Source of the DNA: a virus
Strand: one strand, 5' to 3'
DNA length: 64,000 bases
IMG/VR virus record: IMGVR_UViG_3300047678_000094
Location: 1 to 64,000 of that record
The notes under the pieces are model-generated. The model had not been told where the DNA came from and did no database searches. It worked only from the letters and a program-made list of their open reading frames with translations. Positions 1-8,052 of this stretch are shown here, one piece after another. The stretch's first letter is position 1. Each line of letters opens with the position of its first letter. A program made the position numbers and the translations under genes.

Positions 1-177
1 CAAATAGCATCTCGGATCAAACAATACTATTCCAATCTCTAACATTAACGATTTTTAATGAAAACGGCCGAATTGCTGATTGCTTTTTTGGTCGCGTCAG
101 CGTATACTGATAATGAATTGAGGAGAAACCGCTCTTCAAGCCGCCCATTACACCGTGTCCAAAGGCCCGTTCCCGCT

Positions 178-552
178 ATGATTAACGAAGATGAATGCGA
201 CGCTAAACGCCTCGCCCTGCGTATCAAACACGCAGCGCTGATCGGCACCCACAAACGCTACTTCGACTTCTCTCCAGGTCCAGGATGGTACGATGCCATC
301 GATGAACTCTGTACAAAGATCGAAACTTATTGTGCGGAAGCTGGCCGCGACCTCCCGATTGTTGGGCAGGTCAAGGAGAAGTTCGGTGGTCTCCGCTTCT
401 ACGTCAGCAGCGCAGATGACACGATTTACGAGTTTATCAGCGAGGCCGAGCGCACGTGCGACTGCACCTGTGAGAATTGTGGTGCACCCGGTACGCTTCG
501 CCAGTCTGGTTGGTGGAAAGTTCTTTGCGATCCGTGTGACGCAAAGAGATGA
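178..552 (+). CDS. conserved phage hypothetical protein with C-terminal Zn-ribbon (frame is open from 58)
   Basis: Contains a QVKEKFGGLRFY motif and CENCG...LCDPC, a pattern common in phage hypothetical proteins. The ATG at 178 was chosen over 58; the start is uncertain. Confidence 0.6.
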   Translation: MINEDECDAKRLALRIKHAALIGTHKRYFDFSPGPGWYDAIDELCTKIETYCAEAGRDLPIVGQVKEKFGGLRFYVSSADDTIYEFISEAERTCDCTCENCGAPGTLRQSGWWKVLCDPCDAKR

Positions 553-680
553 AAGTAAGAGTCGCTATATCGCGACGTGCTATCATCCGTCGGCCTTCTG
601 AGAAACCTGAGAGGCCGTTGGTCTCTGAAGGTAAACAAAAAGCCCAACGCCTAGCAAGAAAGAAACAGAGACACAAATGA
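549..680 (+). CDS. small basic hypothetical protein (43 aa)
   Basis: ATGA overlaps with both neighbouring genes; MKVRVAISRR...KKQRHK. Confidence 0.45.
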   Translation: MKVRVAISRRAIIRRPSEKPERPLVSEGKQKAQRLARKKQRHK

Positions 681-868
681 GTAAGATGGTTAAACGAGAA
701 CTGAGCACGCTGATCAAACGCCTTGAACACGGCATTGAATCGCTGAATGATCAGGAACGAGTTATCATGGCGCAGCTTGATGGGATCTATGCTGATCGCA
801 AAAGCTCCATCAAGGAAATCGCTTTGGCGCAGAAACTCCTGCTTGCAGCGGATATGCTGGCTGACTAA
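677..868 (+). CDS. hypothetical coiled-coil protein
   Basis: ORF translationally coupled to the upstream gene. Confidence 0.55.
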   Translation: MSKMVKRELSTLIKRLEHGIESLNDQERVIMAQLDGIYADRKSSIKEIALAQKLLLAADMLAD

Positions 869-902
869 ATAGAAGACGTGGGAAACCGAAAAGGGAAACA
901 CC

Positions 903-1052
903 ATGGACATTCTATTAATCGTTATCGGCATTTTCTTCCTGGCAGTTGCAATCATGCAACGTACCGGGCCTGCCTGGATCACGCTTGGGTGCGTTGCTTC
1001 AGCCATCTACGTTCTTTTCCGTGGCGTGGGTATCGTCATCTTCCATGCCTAA
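903..1052 (+). CDS. small membrane protein (49 aa, two hydrophobic segments)
   Basis: Hand translation MDILLIVIGIFFLAVAIMQRTGPAWITLGCVASAIYVLFRGVGIVIFHA; AGGGA upstream. Confidence 0.55.
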   Translation: MDILLIVIGIFFLAVAIMQRTGPAWITLGCVASAIYVLFRGVGIVIFHA

Positions 1053-1062
1053 ATAGTGTTCC

Positions 1063-1138
1063 GCCCGTTTAGCTCAGTTGGTAGAGCTCCAGTTTTGTAA
1101 ACTGGATGTCGTCTGTTCGATTCGGACAACGGGCACCA
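1063..1138 (+). tRNA. tRNA-Thr(UGU)
   Basis: 76-nt cloverleaf: acceptor GCCCGTT/AACGGGC, anticodon arm CCAGT-TTTGTAA-ACTGG, TTCGATT T-loop, encoded CCA. Confidence 0.95.
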
Positions 1139-1289
1139 AATTTCAGAAATTAAAATTATCAACACACTTTGACTGTTTTGGATCACAGGTGCCATACTCT
1201 TTTTTTGGATTCATTGTGGTGGAAGCCTTTCAGAACGCGTCGCGTTCGACCAATAAATAAATAAATAAAACGCAGTCAAGAGGAAACCA

Positions 1290-1811
1290 ATGAAAACGCT
1301 TAGAGATACCCTGTTAGAAGCCCTTGCCGATCGTAATGGCGTTCCAAAGAAGTTCAACAAGAATCTCCACGCCAAGATGGTGCATTATGCAAGAGGCCAT
1401 ATTTCGGACATTGCTGGTGATATTGAGCAAGGTGTACAAGACGCTACCAGAATGATGGGTAAGCATAATGCCGGAAGCGTTTATCACGGCGTTGAAGACC
1501 ATCTAGCTGATCATCTTCATGACAAGTTCCACAAGCACCCAGGATATGGTTATGATGGTTATATCCATGGAGGCGTTTCTCTAGCCCGACACGTGTCAAG
1601 ACAGGTAACAAAACAATACATCCACGACGACCGGCCGGAATATCGTGCCGCTGTTCGCAATCATAAAGCTAAACAAAAGAGAGCGGAAGCCGCTAGAAAT
1701 CGTCCGCCAAAACCACCTAAACAACCAAGATCGCGCGGCAAATCTGTACCGACACTTGTGACTGTGTATGGTAAGGGTGAACGCGAGATGAAACTTCCAC
1801 CATTTAAATAA
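1290..1811 (+). CDS. basic His-rich hypothetical protein, candidate internal head protein
   Basis: GAGGA RBS and an upstream AATAAATA late-promoter-like motif. The N-terminus MKTLRDTLLE resembles the T4 capsid-targeting sequence. Confidence 0.6.
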   Translation: MKTLRDTLLEALADRNGVPKKFNKNLHAKMVHYARGHISDIAGDIEQGVQDATRMMGKHNAGSVYHGVEDHLADHLHDKFHKHPGYGYDGYIHGGVSLARHVSRQVTKQYIHDDRPEYRAAVRNHKAKQKRAEAARNRPPKPPKQPRSRGKSVPTLVTVYGKGEREMKLPPFK

Positions 1812-1900
1812 CTCGAGTTAGCTCACGAAGAGCATCCATTTGTTAAATGGAAGGCGGGTGACTTAAGCGCATTAGGGTTCAACTCCCCCGTTCGGCACCA
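1812..1900 (+). pseudogene. degenerate tRNA-Asn(GUU)-like element
   Basis: D-arm GCTC/GAGC, anticodon arm TCCAT-TTGTTAA-ATGGA, TTCAACT loop and a CCA end are present, but the acceptor stem is weak and there are ~17 extra nt before the T-loop. Confidence 0.55.
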
Positions 1901-1904
1901 ATTC

Positions 1905-1979
1905 ACCAACTTAGCTCAATGGCTAGAGCACCGGCTTGTGGCGTCGGGGATCTGAGTTCGATCCTCAGAGTTGGGACCA
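1905..1979 (+). tRNA. tRNA-His(GUG)
   Basis: Anticodon arm CCGGC-TTGTGGC-GTCGG, T-arm CTGAG-TTCGATC-CTCAG, encoded CCA. No encoded G-1; discriminator is A73. Confidence 0.88.
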
Positions 1980-1981
1980 CT

Positions 1982-2146
1982 ATTGCGGTAGCTTAGTAAT
2001 AACTCTGAATGATCCTCTGTACAGGGATAGAAGGAGTTCGGTAGTTCCGGTGTTGAACGTGGGTGACTTCGAATATATCTCACTCTGATCCGGAACGAGA
2101 CTTAAAGACCCATCTTGTGGTGGGAGACGGTGTGAAACCCCGCAAT
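1982..2146 (+). ncRNA. putative multi-helix structured RNA of unknown family
   Basis: Closing stem ATTGCGG/CCGCAAT with internal stems AACTC/GAGTT, GTTCCGG/CCGGAAC, GGGTGA/TCACTC and CCCA/TGGG. No ORF; lies immediately after the tRNAs. Confidence 0.5.
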
Positions 2147-2162
2147 TTATTATGAGGATGAA

Positions 2163-2636
2163 ATGAATATCCTATTCCTAGACATTGATGGTGTACTTAA
2201 CTCAAGAGAGTGGTACGAAAAAAACAAACAACAAATTGATTCTAATTCTGGTATGTTCTGGCGTTCAGTCGCTGAACTTGATCCGGAAGCATGCGCACGC
2301 GTAAACAGATTTTGTGAAGAAGAAGATCTCAAAATCGTGATTAGTTCTACATGGCGTAAACTACACAAACTTCACGAAATAGAAGCAATGTTTTCAAAGA
2401 AAGGTCTCTTTGCTGATATTATCGGTATGACACCTGATCTGAAGGGTAACTGGCGCGGCAAAGAAGTTGAGTTGTTCATCAAAGAACATCCAGAGCTTCA
2501 AATCGAGAAGCATGTTATCCTTGATGACGACACTGACTTTAATGCTGATCAACCGTTTGTTCGCACAAGCTGGGACATCGGTGTCCAAGATGACGACATT
2601 GAAATGGCAAAACAGGTGCTGAATGGACGACGTTGA
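2163..2636 (+). CDS. HAD-superfamily phosphatase (HAD_SAK_2 / RNA-repair-like HAD domain)
   Basis: FLDIDGVLN, IVISSTWR and VILDDD motifs. Confidence 0.8.
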   Translation: MNILFLDIDGVLNSREWYEKNKQQIDSNSGMFWRSVAELDPEACARVNRFCEEEDLKIVISSTWRKLHKLHEIEAMFSKKGLFADIIGMTPDLKGNWRGKEVELFIKEHPELQIEKHVILDDDTDFNADQPFVRTSWDIGVQDDDIEMAKQVLNGRR

Positions 2637-2874
2637 TGTTCTTCTACCTCCACAACATTTCCCATATTACTATTTTCGTGGTGAACTAGTCGGGCCACCT
2701 ATCCCGTTTCGAGATTCAGAAGAAATTTTGACTTTTGAGTCGAAACATAATCTCCAGTTCAACGACTTCACAAAGCAAACCTTTGAGACAAACTTTATCG
2801 TACAGTTCATAAACGACTTTCCGATTGACTTCAAGTCGGGTGGGTTTGTAATAGAATTAAAATGGAAAATCTAA
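2623..2874 (+). CDS. hypothetical protein
   Basis: ORF overlapping both neighbours in an operon. Confidence 0.5.
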   Translation: MDDVDVLLPPQHFPYYYFRGELVGPPIPFRDSEEILTFESKHNLQFNDFTKQTFETNFIVQFINDFPIDFKSGGFVIELKWKI

Positions 2875-3086
2875 TGCATGTAATTGACACGAGAGACATT
2901 CATGAGCTTAATATCATCTTGGACAATGCCTTTGTTGCGGTCACCAAGCTCCGTGAGCAGTGGGAAACCATCAAGTGGCATTATTATGATAAAGACAATA
3001 TGGAGTTTGCGGCGAAGGTCACACACTTCCAAAAGGATGAAATTGACAAACTTTTCGTACTTTTACTAGGAGAATCAACGACTTAA
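2862..3086 (+). CDS. hypothetical protein
   Basis: ORF within the operon. Confidence 0.5.
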   Translation: MENLMHVIDTRDIHELNIILDNAFVAVTKLREQWETIKWHYYDKDNMEFAAKVTHFQKDEIDKLFVLLLGESTT

Positions 3087-3114
3087 CACATTAAAAACAA
3101 TTAATGAAAAAGGC

Positions 3115-3143
3115 TTTACTTTTAGTCTGAGTTAGAGTATACT
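3115..3143 (+). promoter_or_regulatory. sigma70-type early promoter
   Basis: TTTACT-17 nt-TATACT with an A-rich upstream tract, resembling T4-like early promoters. Confidence 0.65.
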
Positions 3144-3193
3144 TTTATTTGTTGGGTCAGAAAAACGACCCCTCGTGAAACAGGAAATTGATA

Positions 3194-4195
3194 ATGTCGC
3201 ATATGATTGAAATGGTTGACGGTGAAGCCCAGATGGCTTGGACCGGTGAGACTCCCTGGCATGGTCTCGGAAAGCAAGTCCCCGCCGACCTGACGCCCGA
3301 ACAGATGATGAAGGCTGCTGGCCTTGACTGGGAAGTCGAAAAGGTTCCGGCGTATGCCACCGTCGGTAAGAAGCGCATCGCGGTCGGTAAGTCCGCCCTT
3401 ATCCGCAAGTCGGATAATCGCCTTCTGGACGTTGTGGGTGATGATTGGAACCCCTGCCAGAACGCCGAAGCCTTCGAGTTTTTCAACGACTTCATCGGAA
3501 ACGGTGACATGACGATGGAAACTGCCGGTTCGATCATGAACGGCAAACGTGTCTTCGCCCTCGCCCGCGTGAAAGAGTCCTTCGAACTCTTCAAAGGCGA
3601 CAAGGTCGACGCCCACCTGCTCTTCTCCAACCCCCACATGTACGGCAAAACGATCGACATCCAGTTCACGCCGGTCCGTGTTGTGTGCTGGAATACGCTG
3701 TCGCTGTCGCTGAGCCTCGGCTCGAAGAACCGCGTGTCCGTGTCCCATCGCACCAAGTTTGATGGTGATACTGTCAAGCAGATGATGGGTATCGCGAAAG
3801 ACAAGCTCGCGACCTACAAGGAGGCTGCGGCGTTCCTCGGTTCGAAACGCTTCACCGAAGAGTCCATCACGGAATACTTCGGTCGCGTGTTCGGCGCCAA
3901 GAAAGATGAGAAATCCGGTGAGGTCAAAAACTCCCGCAACGCTCGTATCGCCTACGACATCCTGGAACAACAACCCGGTGCGAATTTCGCGAAGGGTTCC
4001 ATGTGGCAAGGTTTCAACGCGGCAACCTTCATGGTTGATCATGTGATTGGTCGTAATCAAGACAATCGGATGAATTCTGCCTGGTTTGGTTGGGGTCGGA
4101 ATCTTAAAGTTAAAGCCCTAGAAATTGCCATGGAAATGGCCGCGAACGCCAAGGACATGGGTGTCCATAAGACCAAAACTCCGGTCGCCGTGTAG
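3194..4195 (+). CDS. DUF932 family (TIGR03299 phage/plasmid-like) protein
   Basis: TPWHGLG, AGLDWEV, ETAGS, TPVRVVCWNTL and W-x-x-FNA motifs; strongly C-ending codons. Confidence 0.85.
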   Translation: MSHMIEMVDGEAQMAWTGETPWHGLGKQVPADLTPEQMMKAAGLDWEVEKVPAYATVGKKRIAVGKSALIRKSDNRLLDVVGDDWNPCQNAEAFEFFNDFIGNGDMTMETAGSIMNGKRVFALARVKESFELFKGDKVDAHLLFSNPHMYGKTIDIQFTPVRVVCWNTLSLSLSLGSKNRVSVSHRTKFDGDTVKQMMGIAKDKLATYKEAAAFLGSKRFTEESITEYFGRVFGAKKDEKSGEVKNSRNARIAYDILEQQPGANFAKGSMWQGFNAATFMVDHVIGRNQDNRMNSAWFGWGRNLKVKALEIAMEMAANAKDMGVHKTKTPVAV

Positions 4196-4208
4196 TTCTT
4201 CTACTCTG

Positions 4209-4240
4209 GGGGAGGTTTCGAAACCTCCCCTACTCTTTTC
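4209..4240 (+). terminator. intrinsic terminator
   Basis: GGGGAGGTT-TCGA-AACCTCCCC hairpin followed by a T-rich tract. Confidence 0.7.
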
Positions 4241-4250
4241 AGGTTTGAAC

Positions 4251-4421
4251 ATGAACGATAAACAAGCACACATTAAAGAATTAGCAGAGATCGTGTTTGA
4301 TGGCTCGGCATTGAAGATGAGATATCTACGCGAGCGCATCTCAAAATTGACAGATAAAGAGATGCTTGAGCTTGTTCAAGAAATTGATTCCATCTTCCAA
4401 CAATATGCGGAGAATATCTGA
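4251..4421 (+). CDS. hypothetical protein
   Basis: MNDKQAHIKE..., coupled to the next ORF. Confidence 0.5.
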   Translation: MNDKQAHIKELAEIVFDGSALKMRYLRERISKLTDKEMLELVQEIDSIFQQYAENI

Positions 4422-4627
4422 TGAGCAACGTTGTTGCTATCGGTAAGCACGTCAAGACTACCAAGAAAACACCACACCGCGAAGCCTTTGAGCTTCTCGC
4501 TAAGATCAAACCGAACGTTGATATGACGATCGTCATTTCCGTTCTCGAGGGTGTCATCGAAGCCCAGCGTCTTCGTGAGAAAATCGCAAAAGACTTTTTC
4601 AAAAAAGGAACCAAAGACCATGACTAA
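4421..4627 (+). CDS. hypothetical protein
   Basis: GGAG RBS and a TGATG overlap. Confidence 0.55.
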   Translation: MSNVVAIGKHVKTTKKTPHREAFELLAKIKPNVDMTIVISVLEGVIEAQRLREKIAKDFFKKGTKDHD

Positions 4628-4889
4628 GTCTATCTGGAAATTTCCTGTTCCGCTCGCGGGTAAGGTTCGAATTGAGATGCCAAAAGATGCTAAGGTGCTT
4701 TTCGCAGCTGTGCAGCATGGCCAACCTCAAATCTGGGCTGAAATCGACACTGAAGCACCCAAAGAGACTCGCACGTTCTTCTCTTTCGGAACTGGTTGGG
4801 AACTCCCGATTGACAAGCCGCTCGGTCGCTATGTTGGCTCGTTCATCGTCGACAACGGTGCGATTGTTCAGCACTGCTACGAGCAATAG
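4620..4889 (+). CDS. conserved phage hypothetical protein
   Basis: AAGGA RBS; IWKF..P, QIWAEID and FGTGWE motifs typical of a widespread small phage family. Confidence 0.6.
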   Translation: MTKSIWKFPVPLAGKVRIEMPKDAKVLFAAVQHGQPQIWAEIDTEAPKETRTFFSFGTGWELPIDKPLGRYVGSFIVDNGAIVQHCYEQ

Positions 4890-4892
4890 ATC

Positions 4893-5117
4893 ATGTCTAT
4901 CGAAATTCCTAGTATTCGTGTTCTACACAAAACAGGTTGGCAACTCTACAGCATTACCGGCATCGCTCCTCGGTATCCGAAGATCGGTGAACAGATTTCG
5001 CTGAATGGTTGTAAATATCGAGTGCTTGATGTTCAACATCACATTGATGGGGTATTGACACCGTCTGCCTGTATCCACGTGATCGTCGGTGACGACTCAT
5101 CTAACATTTCGGAGTAA
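4893..5117 (+). CDS. hypothetical protein
   Basis: ORF within the operon. Confidence 0.5.
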   Translation: MSIEIPSIRVLHKTGWQLYSITGIAPRYPKIGEQISLNGCKYRVLDVQHHIDGVLTPSACIHVIVGDDSSNISE

Positions 5118-5119
5118 CT

Positions 5120-5530
5120 ATGGCTATCGTCACGATGTACGCCGTCGGCGGTGAGCAAATCAACGAGTATCTTGTCAAGGTTTGTCGTAAAGCAAATGTC
5201 GATGATGTGACAGTGAAAGCGAAGTTCAATGATCTTTGCTTCACAATCGAGCCTGGTATGTCTCATGAAGATACAGCTGAGTTGTATAATCGTGAGTACC
5301 AAAAACGTGTCAAGCGCATCCGAGACAAGGAAGCTGCCAATCAGAAACTGATTGACGACAAGCTCCATGACTATGAGTTCTTGTACTCCTTCGCCAAAGA
5401 GATGTATGAAAACATGTGCTGGCGACCGGAAACGAATGAGAATACTCTCAGAGAAAAGATTACGCAGCTGCGTCGCCGCTTGAAGATCAGACACGATGAA
5501 TACGGAAAGCTGACGCCCAATGAAACTTGA
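5120..5530 (+). CDS. hypothetical protein
   Basis: GGAG RBS; ORF within the operon. Confidence 0.55.
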   Translation: MAIVTMYAVGGEQINEYLVKVCRKANVDDVTVKAKFNDLCFTIEPGMSHEDTAELYNREYQKRVKRIRDKEAANQKLIDDKLHDYEFLYSFAKEMYENMCWRPETNENTLREKITQLRRRLKIRHDEYGKLTPNET

Positions 5531-6729
5531 ATTTTCAAAAGAATGGTGGATGAAGAAAGCTATGCAAGAAGGTGAACATGAAATCGGTGCCGGAACCCCT
5601 GCGCGGAAATCGTTCTTGGCAACGATGTCCAACCCCCAGTCATCCCGGAAACATTCCGGAGACTCGCAACCATCAGACGCGTCGATGAGGTTCTTCCAAT
5701 CGAAGGAGCCGACAAGATCGAGGCCATCCGTATTGACGGATGGATGTGTGTTGTGTCAAAAGGAGAATTCCAAGCGGGTGACCTCTGTGTCTATTTTGAG
5801 ATTGACTCCTTCCTCCCAGTGGGAGAAAGCTACCCTCATTTTGAATTCCTCCGTAAGCGCGCAATTAAATGGAATGGTAAGGACGGTTGCCGAATCAAGA
5901 CGATCCGGCTTCGTGGTCAGATCTCTCAGGGCATTGCTATGCCACTGTCAGCGTTCTTTGTCGCGCCTAGTGAGACGCAAGTCAATCTCATGTATCTCAA
6001 AGAAGGAGACGACGTTACCACCGCACTCCAAGTTGAGAAATGGGAAAGCCTATTCCGGCTCAGCTTGGAGGACAGGTCAGAGGAGGATTACCGTCTGGTA
6101 TTCCTAAGACCGACCAAGAACGAGTCCAAAATATTGGCCGAGAACTATCCGGACTGAGGAAGTTCTCACCTGACACCAAATTCTAAGTAACCATCAAGTT
6201 GGATGGTTCTTCTATGACCGTTTATCTACTCAAAGATAGAACTTTCGGTGTCTGTTCTCGTAACTTCGATCTGGTTCGCTGTGAGGGTAACTCTTTCTGG
6301 GATTATGCTATCAGAGAGAACCTTGAAGAACGTATGAATGCGATGGCCGATGAGTTCGGCACAGCGTTTGAGGGTCTGGCTTTCCAAGGTGAGCTCATTG
6401 GCCCAGGTATCCAAGGCAACGCGGAGAAGTTGAGTCAAACCGAGTTCATGGTCTTTGACATTTATGCTCTTGGTGGACCATTGGCTGGTTACTACAGACC
6501 TGCTGATCGCCGGCGAGTGTGCGTGAAATACAACTTCACGCATGTACCAGTGGTTGGTGTTATTAGTTTGTCAGAACTGCCCGACCTTGATGCTTTCAAA
6601 GAGTGGTCTAAAGGTGACTCTTTGACACCAGGCGTTAAGCGTGAAGGTGTTGTCTTCAAGTCTACTGAAGATGGTTCTATCCACTTCAAATGCATCAACG
6701 ACGAATGGCTTCTAGAGAATGAGCAATAA
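5520..6729 (+). pseudogene. RNA ligase (DRB0094/Rnl2-like family), disrupted by two frameshifts and one in-frame stop
   Basis: RRLATIRRVDEVLPIEGADKIE in frame 2; IPKTDQERVQN, K-L-D-G-S-S, FQGELIGPGIQGN and REGVVFK in frame 1. Frameshifts near 5600 and 6046; TAA at 6184-6186. Confidence 0.8.
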
Positions 6730-6982
6730 GGATATTATCATGATTATGCAAAAACTTACTGGATTTGACTTTACAAAAGAAAGAATTGGCTATGGATTTG
6801 GATCTATAGGAGTTGGTGACGTTTTTTATGTTTCTGGCCCAACTACCAAGTTACGAGGCATGGCATTCTATCATGCTAAAAGATCCAAACGAAAGATCGC
6901 CACTATGCGAGTCCTTGCTGGCATGAAGCTCGGTAAGTTTGTTGCACCATCTGATGGTATTGCTATTAAGCGTCTTAGCTAA
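6719..6982 (+). CDS. hypothetical protein
   Basis: ORF overlapping the end of the ligase. Confidence 0.5.
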   Translation: MSNKDIIMIMQKLTGFDFTKERIGYGFGSIGVGDVFYVSGPTTKLRGMAFYHAKRSKRKIATMRVLAGMKLGKFVAPSDGIAIKRLS

Positions 6983-7174
6983 AGGAAATTTTTCATGTTC
7001 TATTTCTGGTACTGTTCCTTGGTGGGTCTGCTGAATTGGATTACTCATCCGATTTATCTCTATCGTAGGAAGCTTGCTGAGATGCAAACGAAACACTTCG
7101 ACGAGTAGTAAGAGATAAATATGGGTGGATCGATACTTTCGGGTATCGACCATTCACCCATCTGGAGCTACGTT

Positions 7175-7669
7175 ATGGCTAAGAGAGAGCTTGTCTCAAA
7201 GAACTTCTACCTTGATGAGTTAACATACTCACCAACAGCTGTTGCACGCAAAATCGACAACACACCGAATGCTGAGCAAGAAGCTAATCTTCGTAATATC
7301 ATACTGAAAATTCTTCAGCCTGTAAGAGATTACTACAAGAAGACTGTTATCATCCATTCTGGATATCGGGCGCCAAAGATCAACGCTCTTGTTGGTGGTG
7401 CTTCAAACAGTCAGCATACCTCAGGTGAGGCTGTAGATTTTGAGATCTCTGGTATTCCAAACAAAGATGTCGCGGAGTGGGTAGCGGATAATCTTCCGTT
7501 TGATCAGATCATTCTAGAATTCTATAACCCAATGGAGGGTGTGAACTCAGGATGGATCCATGTATCCCTTAAACGCAGTGGTATAAATAGAAAGAATCGG
7601 TTGGTGGCTTACAAAGATGGTAAATCAACCCGTTACGAACAAGTCGATGATTTTTCTAAGATAAAATAA
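7175..7669 (+). CDS. peptidase M15A Zn metallopeptidase, probable endolysin
   Basis: SGYR...N..VGGA..SQH..GEAVD...WIHVS motifs; GGAG RBS before the ATG at 7175. Confidence 0.85.
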   Translation: MAKRELVSKNFYLDELTYSPTAVARKIDNTPNAEQEANLRNIILKILQPVRDYYKKTVIIHSGYRAPKINALVGGASNSQHTSGEAVDFEISGIPNKDVAEWVADNLPFDQIILEFYNPMEGVNSGWIHVSLKRSGINRKNRLVAYKDGKSTRYEQVDDFSKIK

Positions 7670-7678
7670 AGGTGCTTT

Positions 7679-7903
7679 ATGACGAAACATGTTTATGAAC
7701 TGTATATTGATGTAAACAACCAATGGAGATACCGCGTGTTTTCTTCTAATGGTCGCAACGTTGGTTCTTCAGGTGAAGGAATCAAGAATTTCCGTGATAT
7801 CTTTGAGACAGTAAATAATCTCAAGAAACCTGAGGATGAAGTAAGAATCATCCCGGAAGCGTATAGCGAAAAGCAATTCTTGACTGAGAAGAAAGAGAAA
7901 TGA
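7679..7903 (+). CDS. DUF1508/YegP-like small protein
   Basis: YELYID...QWRYRV.SSNGR.VG.SGEG pattern; TATAAATA at 7582-7589 upstream. Confidence 0.6.
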   Translation: MTKHVYELYIDVNNQWRYRVFSSNGRNVGSSGEGIKNFRDIFETVNNLKKPEDEVRIIPEAYSEKQFLTEKKEK

Positions 7904-8019
7904 TCGTATGTAGTTGTCGTCGAATCAGCACCAAAGACTTTAAGTCTGAAGCTGAATTGAAGCAGCGTCTTAAACAAAAAGATGTTGGCTGCGGTAAATG
8001 CCTTTCTAAAAAGGCTTAA
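7900..8019 (+). CDS. minimal Bfd-like [2Fe-2S] protein (39 aa)
   Basis: Hand translation MIVCSCRRISTKDFKSEAELKQRLKQKDVGCGKCLSKKA, with CxC...CGKC as in bacterioferritin-associated ferredoxin. Confidence 0.6.
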   Translation: MIVCSCRRISTKDFKSEAELKQRLKQKDVGCGKCLSKKA

Positions 8020-8041
8020 CAATACTGCTGATATAGGGTGT

Positions 8042-8049
8042 TATAAATA
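8042..8049 (+). promoter_or_regulatory. T4-type late promoter upstream of the tmRNA
   Basis: Exact TATAAATA match. Confidence 0.75.
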
Positions 8050-8052
8050 ACG

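Noticed and set aside
878-1260. Track ORFs 878-1072 and 1078-1260
   Set aside because: The first is an alternative frame of the 903-1052 membrane ORF; the second overlaps tRNA-Thr.
6042-6048. GGGAAAG (the lambda G/GT slippery heptamer) at the second RNA-ligase frameshift
   Set aside because: It is read TGG GAA AGC in the incoming frame, so it is not in X XXY YYZ phase. A further frameshift and an in-frame TAA make decay or error more likely.
6184-6186. In-frame TAA as a sign of stop-codon reassignment
   Set aside because: It is a single case. Conserved genes terminate normally at TAA, TAG and TGA under code 11.
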